From Candidatus Acidiferrales bacterium (GTDB taxonomy: Bacteria; Chloroflexota; Dormibacteria; Aeolococcales; Aeolococcaceae), in the NCBI GenBank assembly GCA_035534435.1, contig DATLRX010000081.1, forward strand, positions 15,358-79,357: a stretch of DNA of 64,000 bases. The letters are read 5' to 3'. The notes under the pieces were generated by a model, which saw only the letters and a list, made by a program, of their open reading frames with translations, did no database searches and was not told where the DNA came from. Positions 17,131 through 24,468 of the stretch are shown in pieces (the first letter of the stretch is position 1; every line of letters begins with the position of its first letter). The translations under genes and the position numbers were made by a program.

Positions 17131-18081
17131 TCAGCCCGTCGCCGTGTCCCCGGCCGGCGCGGCCGACGGCGTGAGCCCAGCAGCAACTCCGCGCGCGTAG
17201 AAGCCCATCGCGATCTTCCGCGACGCCTCGTCGATCATCTCGTCGCCGAGCATCACGGCGCCGCGGCGGTCCACCTCGGTCGCGCGCCGGTACGCCTCGA
17301 GGATCCGCGCAGCCTTGTCGAAGTCGGCCTGCGCGGGTGTGAACGCCTCGTTGGCGGGCTCGATCTGCGACGGGTGCAGCGCCCACTTCCCGTCGTACCC
17401 CAAAGCAGCCGCGCGACCCGCCGAAGCGCGGTAGCCCTCGACATCGTGGATCGCGAGATACGGTCCGTCGATCACCTGGATGCCCGCCGCGCGCGCGGCG
17501 ACCGCGAGCCTGAAGAGCACGTAATGGAAGATGTCGCCGGGATAGGTGTCGTTGTTCCGCACGGTCAGCGACGGCAGCTGCATCGACGCCGAGAAGTCCG
17601 CCGGGCCGAACGTCAAGGTTTCCAGGCGCGTGCTCGAGAACGCGATCTCCTCGGCGCGCATCAATCCCTCCGCGTCCTCGATCTGTGCCTCGATGCCGAT
17701 CCGGCCGGCCGGGAACCCCAGCGACTGCTCCAGCTGGAGGAGTGCGCGATCGACGAACGCAACGTCGCCGGCGTTGCGCACCTTCGGGACCATGATGCAG
17801 TCGAGGAGGTCGCCGGCGCCGGTGATCACCTCGCGCAGATCCTCGAACGCGAACTCGCTCGTCACCTGGTTGATCCGGACCACCCGTGTCTTGCCGTGCC
17901 AGTCGTGGGAGCGCAACGCCTCGACGATCTTGGTGCGCGCCGCGGGTTTCTCGAGCGGCGCGCACGCGTCCTCGAGATCGAGGAACACCTCGTCAGCGGC
18001 GCTCGCGGCCGCCTTTTCCATCATCCGAGGGTTACTGCCGGGAACGGCGAGAACTGACCGGCGCAGTCGGACGGCGGACAC
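17131..18081 (-). CDS. HpcH/HpaI-family CoA-ester lyase (CitE / malyl-CoA lyase-like)
   Basis: 316 aa (RSVLAVPGSNPRMMEKAAASAADEVFLDLEDA, VRINQV, MVPKV, GKWALHPSQI). Confidence 0.88.
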   Translation of the reverse strand: MSAVRLRRSVLAVPGSNPRMMEKAAASAADEVFLDLEDACAPLEKPAARTKIVEALRSHDWHGKTRVVRINQVTSEFAFEDLREVITGAGDLLDCIMVPKVRNAGDVAFVDRALLQLEQSLGFPAGRIGIEAQIEDAEGLMRAEEIAFSSTRLETLTFGPADFSASMQLPSLTVRNNDTYPGDIFHYVLFRLAVAARAAGIQVIDGPYLAIHDVEGYRASAGRAAALGYDGKWALHPSQIEPANEAFTPAQADFDKAARILEAYRRATEVDRRGAVMLGDEMIDEASRKIAMGFYARGVAAGLTPSAAPAGDTATG

Positions 18082-18088
18082 CTTCGGG

Positions 18089-18595
18089 TCAGTCCTTTGA
18101 GGGGGCCGGCCGCTCGTCGGGAGGCGTGTCGCGATCGTCGAACGGCGTGTCGTCGCGCGGCTTGCGATCTTTCGGTGGCGCGGGCCGGTCGTCCGGGGGG
18201 ACGTTCGTGTCGGGCGTCATGCCCTCCATGCCCGGCATGCCGCCGAACAGGCCGCCGAGCATCTGCTGGAGCTGCTCGGGACCGCCGAGGTCATCCTGGA
18301 CGCGCTCGAACATGCGGGCCATGAGGTCCTGGAGCTGCGGGTCCTCGGACAGCTTTTCCTGCAGGCCGCCGAGCTGGGACATCAGCTGTTCCATCTGCAC
18401 CTCCTGCGCGACCTGCATGAGGACCGGCTGGGACGCCGCCGCGACGACGACCTGCACCTGCTGGCGGATGACCTCGAAGCCCTTGCAGGCCATGCACGTG
18501 CCCTGGTGCTGGCAGCGGCAGAGCTGCGACTTGAGCTTGTCGAGCTCGGAATGGATCCCGCTGAGATCGACGCCGGGGGTGGGATTGTCGGCCAT
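18089..18595 (-). CDS. Small soluble protein with a zf-HC2 / ZAS-type HxxxCxxC motif (candidate anti-sigma factor), Gln/Met-rich middle and Pro/Asp repeat tail
   Basis: Internal ATG 18595 gives 168 aa starting MADNPTPGVDLSGIHSELDKLKSQLCRCQHQGTCMACKGF. H30-x3-C34-x2-C37, with extra C26/C28. The tail is DDRPAPPKDRKPRDDTPFDDRDTPPDERPAPSKD. No TM segment. Lies 8 nt upstream of the CitE-like gene. Confidence 0.65.
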   Translation of the reverse strand: MADNPTPGVDLSGIHSELDKLKSQLCRCQHQGTCMACKGFEVIRQQVQVVVAAASQPVLMQVAQEVQMEQLMSQLGGLQEKLSEDPQLQDLMARMFERVQDDLGGPEQLQQMLGGLFGGMPGMEGMTPDTNVPPDDRPAPPKDRKPRDDTPFDDRDTPPDERPAPSKD

Positions 18596-18635
18596 GCGCT
18601 GATCGTAGTGGAGACACCCCATCACAGCGTTGACG

Positions 18636-18663
18636 TTGCACCGCCGCTCCGATCGGGTATAGT
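18636..18663 (+). promoter_or_regulatory. Sigma-70-like promoter candidate upstream of the helicase gene
   Basis: TTGCAC (18636-18641), 16-nt spacer, TATAGT (18658-18663), in the 103-bp divergent intergenic region. Confidence 0.4.
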
Positions 18664-18698
18664 CGTTTGCAGACGGGAGCCCTCGGGCGTCCCCGCGG

Positions 18699-21404
18699 TT
18701 GACGTCGATCGAATCGTCGCCCCGCGTGCCAAAAAGCACCGCCCGAAGCCGACCCGAAGTCCATTCATTTGCGCCGGTGGACAGGGCCACCGCCGCGTCC
18801 GAGGTTGACAGTCCGCTGATAGCCCCAGACCTCGCGCTCGATCGTCTGCACCTGATCGTGCCCGACGGCAGCGATGCCATGGTCGTCCTGGAAGCATGGG
18901 CCCATGGTTCGCAGCCCGGTGCCGACCCGCGCTCTGTCTTTGCCGAGCGCATCGGTGAAGTCGGTCACGTCTCCGTCTCGTTCGGCGACGAGGATCCACC
19001 GCAGTTGCGCCTCGACCTTCCCGACCTCGTCCTCCAATGCGTGGCTCAGCCCGGCCCCGACGGTACCCGCGAGCACCTGGGACTGCGGGTCATCTCGATC
19101 CGCCCCACCGGAGGCCAGCCGGAGGGAGCGAAGCTCCTGACGATCACCACGCGCGAACCGGTGGTGACCGAGGCCAACGGCGTGGCCAGCGACACCTTCC
19201 GCCTGCTCGACTGGCGCGTCTCCACGCAGCATGCCGCACGCTCGGAGCAGCTGTACGCGACCCTCAAGCTCGTCGACAGCCTCGAGCGGGCGGAGAAGCA
19301 GCGAGCGCAATCACAGCGGACGCGCTTCACCGGCGCCCGTGAGTACTGGCGGTGCAAGTCGTGCCGTGCGCTCTGGCGTCCGGAAAGCCACGAGCGGTGC
19401 CCCTCGTGCGGCCGTGAGTTCACCGACGCCGATCGCAGATCCCCGGAGATCGGCAAGGTCGAATTTCAGATCCCGGTTGGGGAGCCGATCAACCTGACCG
19501 CCGACGCCGCCGTCCTGATCGAGCCTGACGACGAGACCAACTTCGTCGGCCGGGTTGCTCGCATCGACCACCAGCGCCACGTCGTCGAGATCGTCACGCG
19601 GACGTTCGAGCACTCGGGCAGCGAGGGCTACATCGCGCCGTCCTTCAACAAGGCGCTGTACCAGGCGAAGCGCTCCGTCCTCGCCGCCATCGCCACCAAG
19701 GACTTCGGCGTCGGACTGCTTGCGCAACTCCTCGTCAGTCCCGAGACCATCATCGCGCCCAAGGACGAGTCGGATGCGGAGTCGTCGTGGCTCACCAGCG
19801 GGATGCGTCCGAACAAACCGCAGAACCGAGCGGTCGGACTGCTGAGCAGGCTGAGTGCCGGCCAGGCCGTGTTCATCCAGGGACCGCCCGGCACCGGCAA
19901 GACGACGGTGATCGTCGAAGCCGTGAAACGCCGTCTTGCGGCGAACCCGGACGAGCGAATCCTCGTGACGTCGCACAGCAACCTCGCGGTCGACAACGCG
20001 CTCGAGCGTCTCGCCGGGACGCCCGGCATGCGCGCCGTCCGCGTCGCGCGTGCCGAGCGTGTGCATCCCGCGGTCGACAAGTTCCGGTGCGACGACGAGG
20101 ACGACCCGCGCCTGCTCGAGGCGAACTGCTATTTCGCGACGTGCGCGACCGCGGCGACGTCGGGCATCACCGACATGAACTTCGACATCGTCATCCTCGA
20201 CGAGGCGAACAAGGCACGCGCCGACGAGGCGCTGCCCGCGCTCCGTCTCGGCAGGAGCCTTGCGCTCGTCGGCGATCACAAGCAACTCCCGCCGGTCGAG
20301 GACGACGCCCTGTACGGCATCGTCGAGATCGACCCCGCGCTCGAGGATCTCGTCAACCGCAGCCTCTTCGAGCAATGCTGGGACGGCGGGTTGCCGGCGG
20401 AGGCGCAATGCCTCCTCACCATCCAGCACCGCATGCACCCCGACATCGCCGCGTACGTCTCGGCGGCCTCGTATGACAACCAGCTCGAGAACGCGCCCGA
20501 GGTCGAGGCATACGACTACATCACGCGCAAACCGTTCCCGGTCGCGCTGCACTTCGTCGACACCGAGGGGATGCGCGGCGGTCGCGAGCGCCGCGGACCC
20601 GGTGGCGCGTTGCGCAACGAGGCAGAGGTCCGCGTGGCCGCGCAGGTCGTGCGGCTGCTCGACGAACGCGCGCCACGCGAGCTCAGCATGGCGGTGATCG
20701 CGATGTACGCGGAGCAGGTCGAGCGCTTGCGCCAGGCCCTCGGCCGTCGCAAGTTCAAACGCACCGTGAAGATCGACACCGTCGACTCCTTCGAGGGTCG
20801 CGAGGAAGACATCGTGGTCATCTCGCTCGTGCGCTCGAACGAACGCGGGCGCATCGGTTTCCTGCGCGTACCGAACCGGCTCAATGTCGCCATCTCGCGC
20901 GCGAAGCGCCTCGTCGCGTGCATCGGCGACAGCGCCACGCTGCGCAGCGGCGATGAGTCGATGTACGGCGCGCTGGTCGAGGCTTCGCGGTCGACCGGTG
21001 GCTGGCTGAGCGCACTCGAGCTCGTGTCGCAGCCGAAGCCGAACCGTGGTGCGCCGCGCCAGCAACAGGACGGCGCGAGCGTCGAATCGGGCGAAGGCAC
21101 CGAAACCGAGCGCGCCGCCAAGCGCCGCCGCCGCCGCCGCCGCGGACGCCGCGGAGCGCCGCAGCCGGCGGTCGCGTCGACGGACGGCAGCACACCCGTG
21201 GTGACCCAACCGCAAGCCGGCGAAGGGCAGCCGCAGGACGGCACGCTGCGCAAACGCCGCCGCCGTCGCCGTCGTGGGCGGGGCCGTGGGGCCGGAACGG
21301 GCCAGCCCACCGGTCAGGTGACCGACGGCGGCCGGCCGGCACCACCCACCGAGCCGCAGCCAGATGTGGCACCGGCCACCGCCGGTGACACACCGGAGGG
21401 CTGA
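18699..21404 (+). CDS. Superfamily-1B Upf1/DNA2-like helicase (AAA_11/AAA_12) with an N-terminal unknown domain, CxxC-x11-CxxC zinc ribbon and Arg-rich C-terminal tail
   Basis: Helicase motifs: I (FIQGPPGTGKTT), Ia (VTSHSNLAVDN), II (IVILDEANKA), III (LVGDHKQLPPV), IV (LTIQHRMHPDIAAY), V (DTVDSFEGREEDIVVISLVRSN), VI (GFLRVPNRLNVAISRAKRL). Zinc ribbon (WRCKSCRALWRPESHERCPSCG). Tail (KRRRRRRRGRRG and RKRRRRRRRGRGRG). The start is uncertain between TTG 18699 and downstream GTG/ATG candidates up to about 18880. Confidence 0.9.
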   Translation: MTSIESSPRVPKSTARSRPEVHSFAPVDRATAASEVDSPLIAPDLALDRLHLIVPDGSDAMVVLEAWAHGSQPGADPRSVFAERIGEVGHVSVSFGDEDPPQLRLDLPDLVLQCVAQPGPDGTREHLGLRVISIRPTGGQPEGAKLLTITTREPVVTEANGVASDTFRLLDWRVSTQHAARSEQLYATLKLVDSLERAEKQRAQSQRTRFTGAREYWRCKSCRALWRPESHERCPSCGREFTDADRRSPEIGKVEFQIPVGEPINLTADAAVLIEPDDETNFVGRVARIDHQRHVVEIVTRTFEHSGSEGYIAPSFNKALYQAKRSVLAAIATKDFGVGLLAQLLVSPETIIAPKDESDAESSWLTSGMRPNKPQNRAVGLLSRLSAGQAVFIQGPPGTGKTTVIVEAVKRRLAANPDERILVTSHSNLAVDNALERLAGTPGMRAVRVARAERVHPAVDKFRCDDEDDPRLLEANCYFATCATAATSGITDMNFDIVILDEANKARADEALPALRLGRSLALVGDHKQLPPVEDDALYGIVEIDPALEDLVNRSLFEQCWDGGLPAEAQCLLTIQHRMHPDIAAYVSAASYDNQLENAPEVEAYDYITRKPFPVALHFVDTEGMRGGRERRGPGGALRNEAEVRVAAQVVRLLDERAPRELSMAVIAMYAEQVERLRQALGRRKFKRTVKIDTVDSFEGREEDIVVISLVRSNERGRIGFLRVPNRLNVAISRAKRLVACIGDSATLRSGDESMYGALVEASRSTGGWLSALELVSQPKPNRGAPRQQQDGASVESGEGTETERAAKRRRRRRRGRRGAPQPAVASTDGSTPVVTQPQAGEGQPQDGTLRKRRRRRRRGRGRGAGTGQPTGQVTDGGRPAPPTEPQPDVAPATAGDTPEG

Positions 21405-21409
21405 GCGTT

Positions 21410-22006
21410 GTGAGCGAAGCGGTCACCGTCTTCGTCCGCTCCGGCGACCCGGCGTCCGAAGCGACACTCCGGTACCTCGACCAGCGCGGCATTGCGTACA
21501 CGAAGCGCGACGTGCTCAGTGACCCGTCGGCGACCGCCATCCTCTTCGGACGCCTCGGCAAGGTGGTCGCGCCGGTCGTCCAGGTGGGGGAGCGGCTGCT
21601 CGTCGGCCACGATCCCGTACAGCTGGCCCGATTCCTGCCTCGCCCGGAGAGCGAGGAGCAGCACGTCGCCTTCGGCGCATCGGTGCGGACGGTCACCCCG
21701 GAGATCGCCGCGGAGAAGGGCCTGCCGTCCACGTACGGCGTCGAGGTCGGACAGGTCAAGCCCGCGTCTCCCGCCGAGGCCGCGGGCATCCAGAGCGGCG
21801 ACGTGATCACCGGCATCGGTGCGTATACGGTCAACGGCGGCGCCGATCAGTTCCGCCGGGCTGTGTCGCTCCGCCAGCCGGGCGACACGATGATGCTCAC
21901 CATCTGGCGCAGCGGAGACGCGTTCGAGGTCGCAGTGGCGTTCCCGAACGAGCTGCCGGTCGAGGTCGCACCCGACGGCGCCACTTCTGACGGCTCCCCG
22001 GCCTGA
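21410..22006 (+). CDS. Glutaredoxin/NrdH-like fold without active-site cysteines, fused to a PDZ domain
   Basis: GTG 21410 with GGAGGG 10 nt upstream. The N-terminus (VTVFVRSGDPASEATLRYLDQRGIAYTKRDV...APVVQVGERLLVGHD) resembles Grx, but CxxC is replaced by DPAS. The C-terminal PDZ is YGVEVGQVKPASPAEAAGIQSGDVITGIG...GDTMMLTIWRSG. Confidence 0.7.
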   Translation: MSEAVTVFVRSGDPASEATLRYLDQRGIAYTKRDVLSDPSATAILFGRLGKVVAPVVQVGERLLVGHDPVQLARFLPRPESEEQHVAFGASVRTVTPEIAAEKGLPSTYGVEVGQVKPASPAEAAGIQSGDVITGIGAYTVNGGADQFRRAVSLRQPGDTMMLTIWRSGDAFEVAVAFPNELPVEVAPDGATSDGSPA

Positions 22007-22053
22007 TCCGCGCGCCGGCTCACGGACGGACCGGCCCGGCCGTTTGATATGCA

Positions 22054-22536
22054 GTGAGCACGGTGCGATCGACCCAGCTTCCCCCGTTCCAGCGGGTCTT
22101 CGACGAGCACTCCGGCGCGGTGCTCTCGTTCCTCCGCGGTGCCGTCGGGCCGGCGGACGCGGAGGATTGCTTCCAGGAGACGATGCTCAGCGCGCTGCGC
22201 GCGTATCCGCGCCTCGTCGACGGCTCGAACCTGCGCGGCTGGCTGTTCACGATCGCGCGCCGCAAGGTGATCGACGCCCGCCGCGCGCTGGCCCGTAGAC
22301 CGACCCCGGTCGCCGACCCCGACCCGGGCGCCGCACCCGGCGACCAGGCGATCATCGATGAAGGGCTCTGGGACGACGTGCGCCGGCTGCCCGTCAAGCA
22401 GCGCCGCGCGGTCGTGCTCCGATTCGCCGGCGATCGCAGCTACCCGGAGATCGCGGAGGCGATGTCGACCACGCAGGACTCGGCGCGCCAGAGCGTCCAT
22501 GAGGGCTTGAAGAAGCTGAGGAGAGACCGCGCATGA
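22054..22536 (+). CDS. ECF-type sigma-70 family RNA polymerase sigma factor (minimal, 160 aa)
   Basis: Region 2 (AEDCFQETMLSALRAYPRL...LRGWLFTIARRKVIDARR) and region 4 (LPVKQRRAVVLRFAGDRSYPEIAEAMSTTQDSARQSVHEGLKKLR). Confidence 0.88.
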   Translation: MSTVRSTQLPPFQRVFDEHSGAVLSFLRGAVGPADAEDCFQETMLSALRAYPRLVDGSNLRGWLFTIARRKVIDARRALARRPTPVADPDPGAAPGDQAIIDEGLWDDVRRLPVKQRRAVVLRFAGDRSYPEIAEAMSTTQDSARQSVHEGLKKLRRDRA

Positions 22537-23105
22537 CCGCAGACACGGCAACCGTCGACGAGGCGCTGGCATCCAGGTTCGTCGAACGCGCGGAGGCGGG
22601 CGGCCTCCTCGACGTGGCGGTCACCACGATGGACAGCCCGATCGGGACGCTGCTGCTCATGGCCACGCGCCGCGGGCTGGTCCGCATCGCGTTCGAGAGC
22701 GAGAACCGTGACGACGTCCTCGCAGAGGTCGCGACGCAGCTCTCGCCACGGATCCTCGAGGCACCGCGCCGCCTCGATCCCGTCCGCCGCGAGCTCGACA
22801 GCTACTTCAACGGGGACCTTCGCGACTTCGACCTCGACCTGGACTGGTCGCTCGTGGGGCCGTTCGCCCAGCGCGTGCTCCGCCGCACCGCTCGCATCCC
22901 GTACGGATCGGTCGCCAGCTACGGCGACGTCGCGCACGAGATCGGCTCGCCGCGCGCGGCGCGCGCGGTCGGCAACGCGCTCGGCTCGAACCCGATCCCG
23001 GTCGTGGTGCCGTGTCACCGAGTCGTCCGCACGGGCGGCAACATCGGCGGTTACGGCGGCGGACTACCGCGCAAGCGCTGGCTGCTGGACCTCGAGACGG
23101 GCTGA
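22533..23105 (+). CDS. ogt: Methylated-DNA--protein-cysteine S-methyltransferase
   Basis: 190 aa with the active-site PCHRV in context (IPYGSVASYGDVA...RAVGNALGSNPIPVVVPCHRVV). ATGA overlap with the sigma factor stop. Confidence 0.93.
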   Translation: MTADTATVDEALASRFVERAEAGGLLDVAVTTMDSPIGTLLLMATRRGLVRIAFESENRDDVLAEVATQLSPRILEAPRRLDPVRRELDSYFNGDLRDFDLDLDWSLVGPFAQRVLRRTARIPYGSVASYGDVAHEIGSPRAARAVGNALGSNPIPVVVPCHRVVRTGGNIGGYGGGLPRKRWLLDLETG

Positions 23106-23113
23106 GCCCCCGG

Positions 23114-23368
23114 CTACCAGCCGGGAGGGGGCTCGCTGCGATTGAGCAGGCGGACGAAATCCTCGGCACGCGCGACCGCCTCCCACCGCCGCGAGAAGAA
23201 GTCCTGGGTGATCATCCGGTTGTCGGCAAGCGAGGTCACGGTGACCGCCCACTGGTTGAGAGCCCGGGAGACCTCGACCTCGTGGGTGCCGCCTTCATTG
23301 CGCATGACCACGCCGCTTGCGGCCGGCCGGCGTCCACGGTCGTTGCGTCGAGAGGACGCCATGGCCAT
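23114..23368 (-). CDS. Small hypothetical protein (84 aa)
   Basis: ATG 23368 is preceded by GGAGG at 8 nt. Third codon positions are G/C-rich. I recognise no family. Confidence 0.65.
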   Translation of the reverse strand: MAMASSRRNDRGRRPAASGVVMRNEGGTHEVEVSRALNQWAVTVTSLADNRMITQDFFSRRWEAVARAEDFVRLLNRSEPPPGW

Positions 23369-23441
23369 CGTGAACACCTCCAATGCAGAATCCGCCCGGC
23401 AGAGCCGGTTCGCCCCGACCATTGTCTCGCAAACAGGTGCG

Positions 23442-24437
23442 TCAAAGCGAGAGGTTGAGTTGGTTTCCCTCGGCCGCCGCGGCGCGCCCGCCGGCGGGGT
23501 CCGGCAGCGGACCGGGGACCGGAACCGAGGTCTCCACCCACGCCGGGACGGCGCCGTCACGCTCGCGGAGCGTCTCGATGACCGGCTCCGGTGGCCGCGG
23601 CAGCCCGGCGCCGAGCATCGCGCCGAAATCGAAGGCGTTGACCACCGCATAGTTGCTCTTGTTGTTGTTCAGAAGGACGTGCACGGGGACACCGTCATCG
23701 CTTGCGGCGCGAATCGCCGGTATCCACTCCGCCAGCTCGGCGGGCGTGTAGAGGTAGTTGAAGCGATCGCCGCTTGTGGGCCCGCCCGCATACCAGGTGC
23801 GGCGGTTGCGCCCGTGGAACCGCGTGATGCAGAGGCGGCGTGACGTGATCGCCAGGAGCGGCGGGGCCGTGGCGCTGCCGATCTGCGGGGAGTCGACTCC
23901 GACGTAGACACAATCCAGCTCCCGCAGGAGGTCCTCGGTCGCCGGCCAGGCATCGCCGTCGTACCAGGAGCGGTGACGGAACTCGATCGCGAGCAGGTCG
24001 TCGGGGTGGCGGTCCCGGGCCGCCAGGAGCCATTCGCGAGCGTCCGGACGGTTCGTGAACCAGGGCGGGAACTGGTAATGCACGGCCACCAGCTTCCCGC
24101 TGTCGCGAAGTGGAGCCAGCGCGGCCATGAAGTCACGCTGCTCAGCGGCTGTCGGCCTGCGAGGCCGTCCGTCCTCACGCTCATGGCCCGTGAGACTCCG
24201 GTACGCCTTGATGTTGAAGCGGAAGTCGGCCGGCGTCCGTTCGGCCCAGGCCTCGACCACGGGTGGGCGCGGAATCCCGTAGAACGTGGTGTCGATCTCC
24301 ACGATCGGGAAGTACTGCGCGTAGAAGGTCAGCTTGTCCTTCTGCCGGCGTCCGCGCTCCAGCTCCGGTGGGTAGAAGTCGGTGTGGTCGGCCCAGTTGC
24401 AGGTGCCGACGGAGATGGGCGCGGCCAATTTGAACAA
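23442..24437 (-). CDS. DUF72 (YecE/UPF0759) family protein
   Basis: 331 aa (GTCNWADHTDFYP...LTFYAQYFPIVEIDTTFYGIP...FRFNIKAYRSLTGH). Confidence 0.9.
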   Translation of the reverse strand: MFKLAAPISVGTCNWADHTDFYPPELERGRRQKDKLTFYAQYFPIVEIDTTFYGIPRPPVVEAWAERTPADFRFNIKAYRSLTGHEREDGRPRRPTAAEQRDFMAALAPLRDSGKLVAVHYQFPPWFTNRPDAREWLLAARDRHPDDLLAIEFRHRSWYDGDAWPATEDLLRELDCVYVGVDSPQIGSATAPPLLAITSRRLCITRFHGRNRRTWYAGGPTSGDRFNYLYTPAELAEWIPAIRAASDDGVPVHVLLNNNKSNYAVVNAFDFGAMLGAGLPRPPEPVIETLRERDGAVPAWVETSVPVPGPLPDPAGGRAAAAEGNQLNLSL

Positions 24438-24468
24438 ACAGTAACGAAGCCGTCACCGAAGCTGGCGA

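Noticed and set aside
19311-21834. 634-aa, 317-aa and 264-aa minus-strand ORFs opposite the helicase gene, some strongly Arg-rich
   Set aside because: They are antisense shadows of a gene with a full set of helicase motifs. The Arg richness mirrors the GC-rich complementary codons, and I saw no ribosome-binding sites or motifs.
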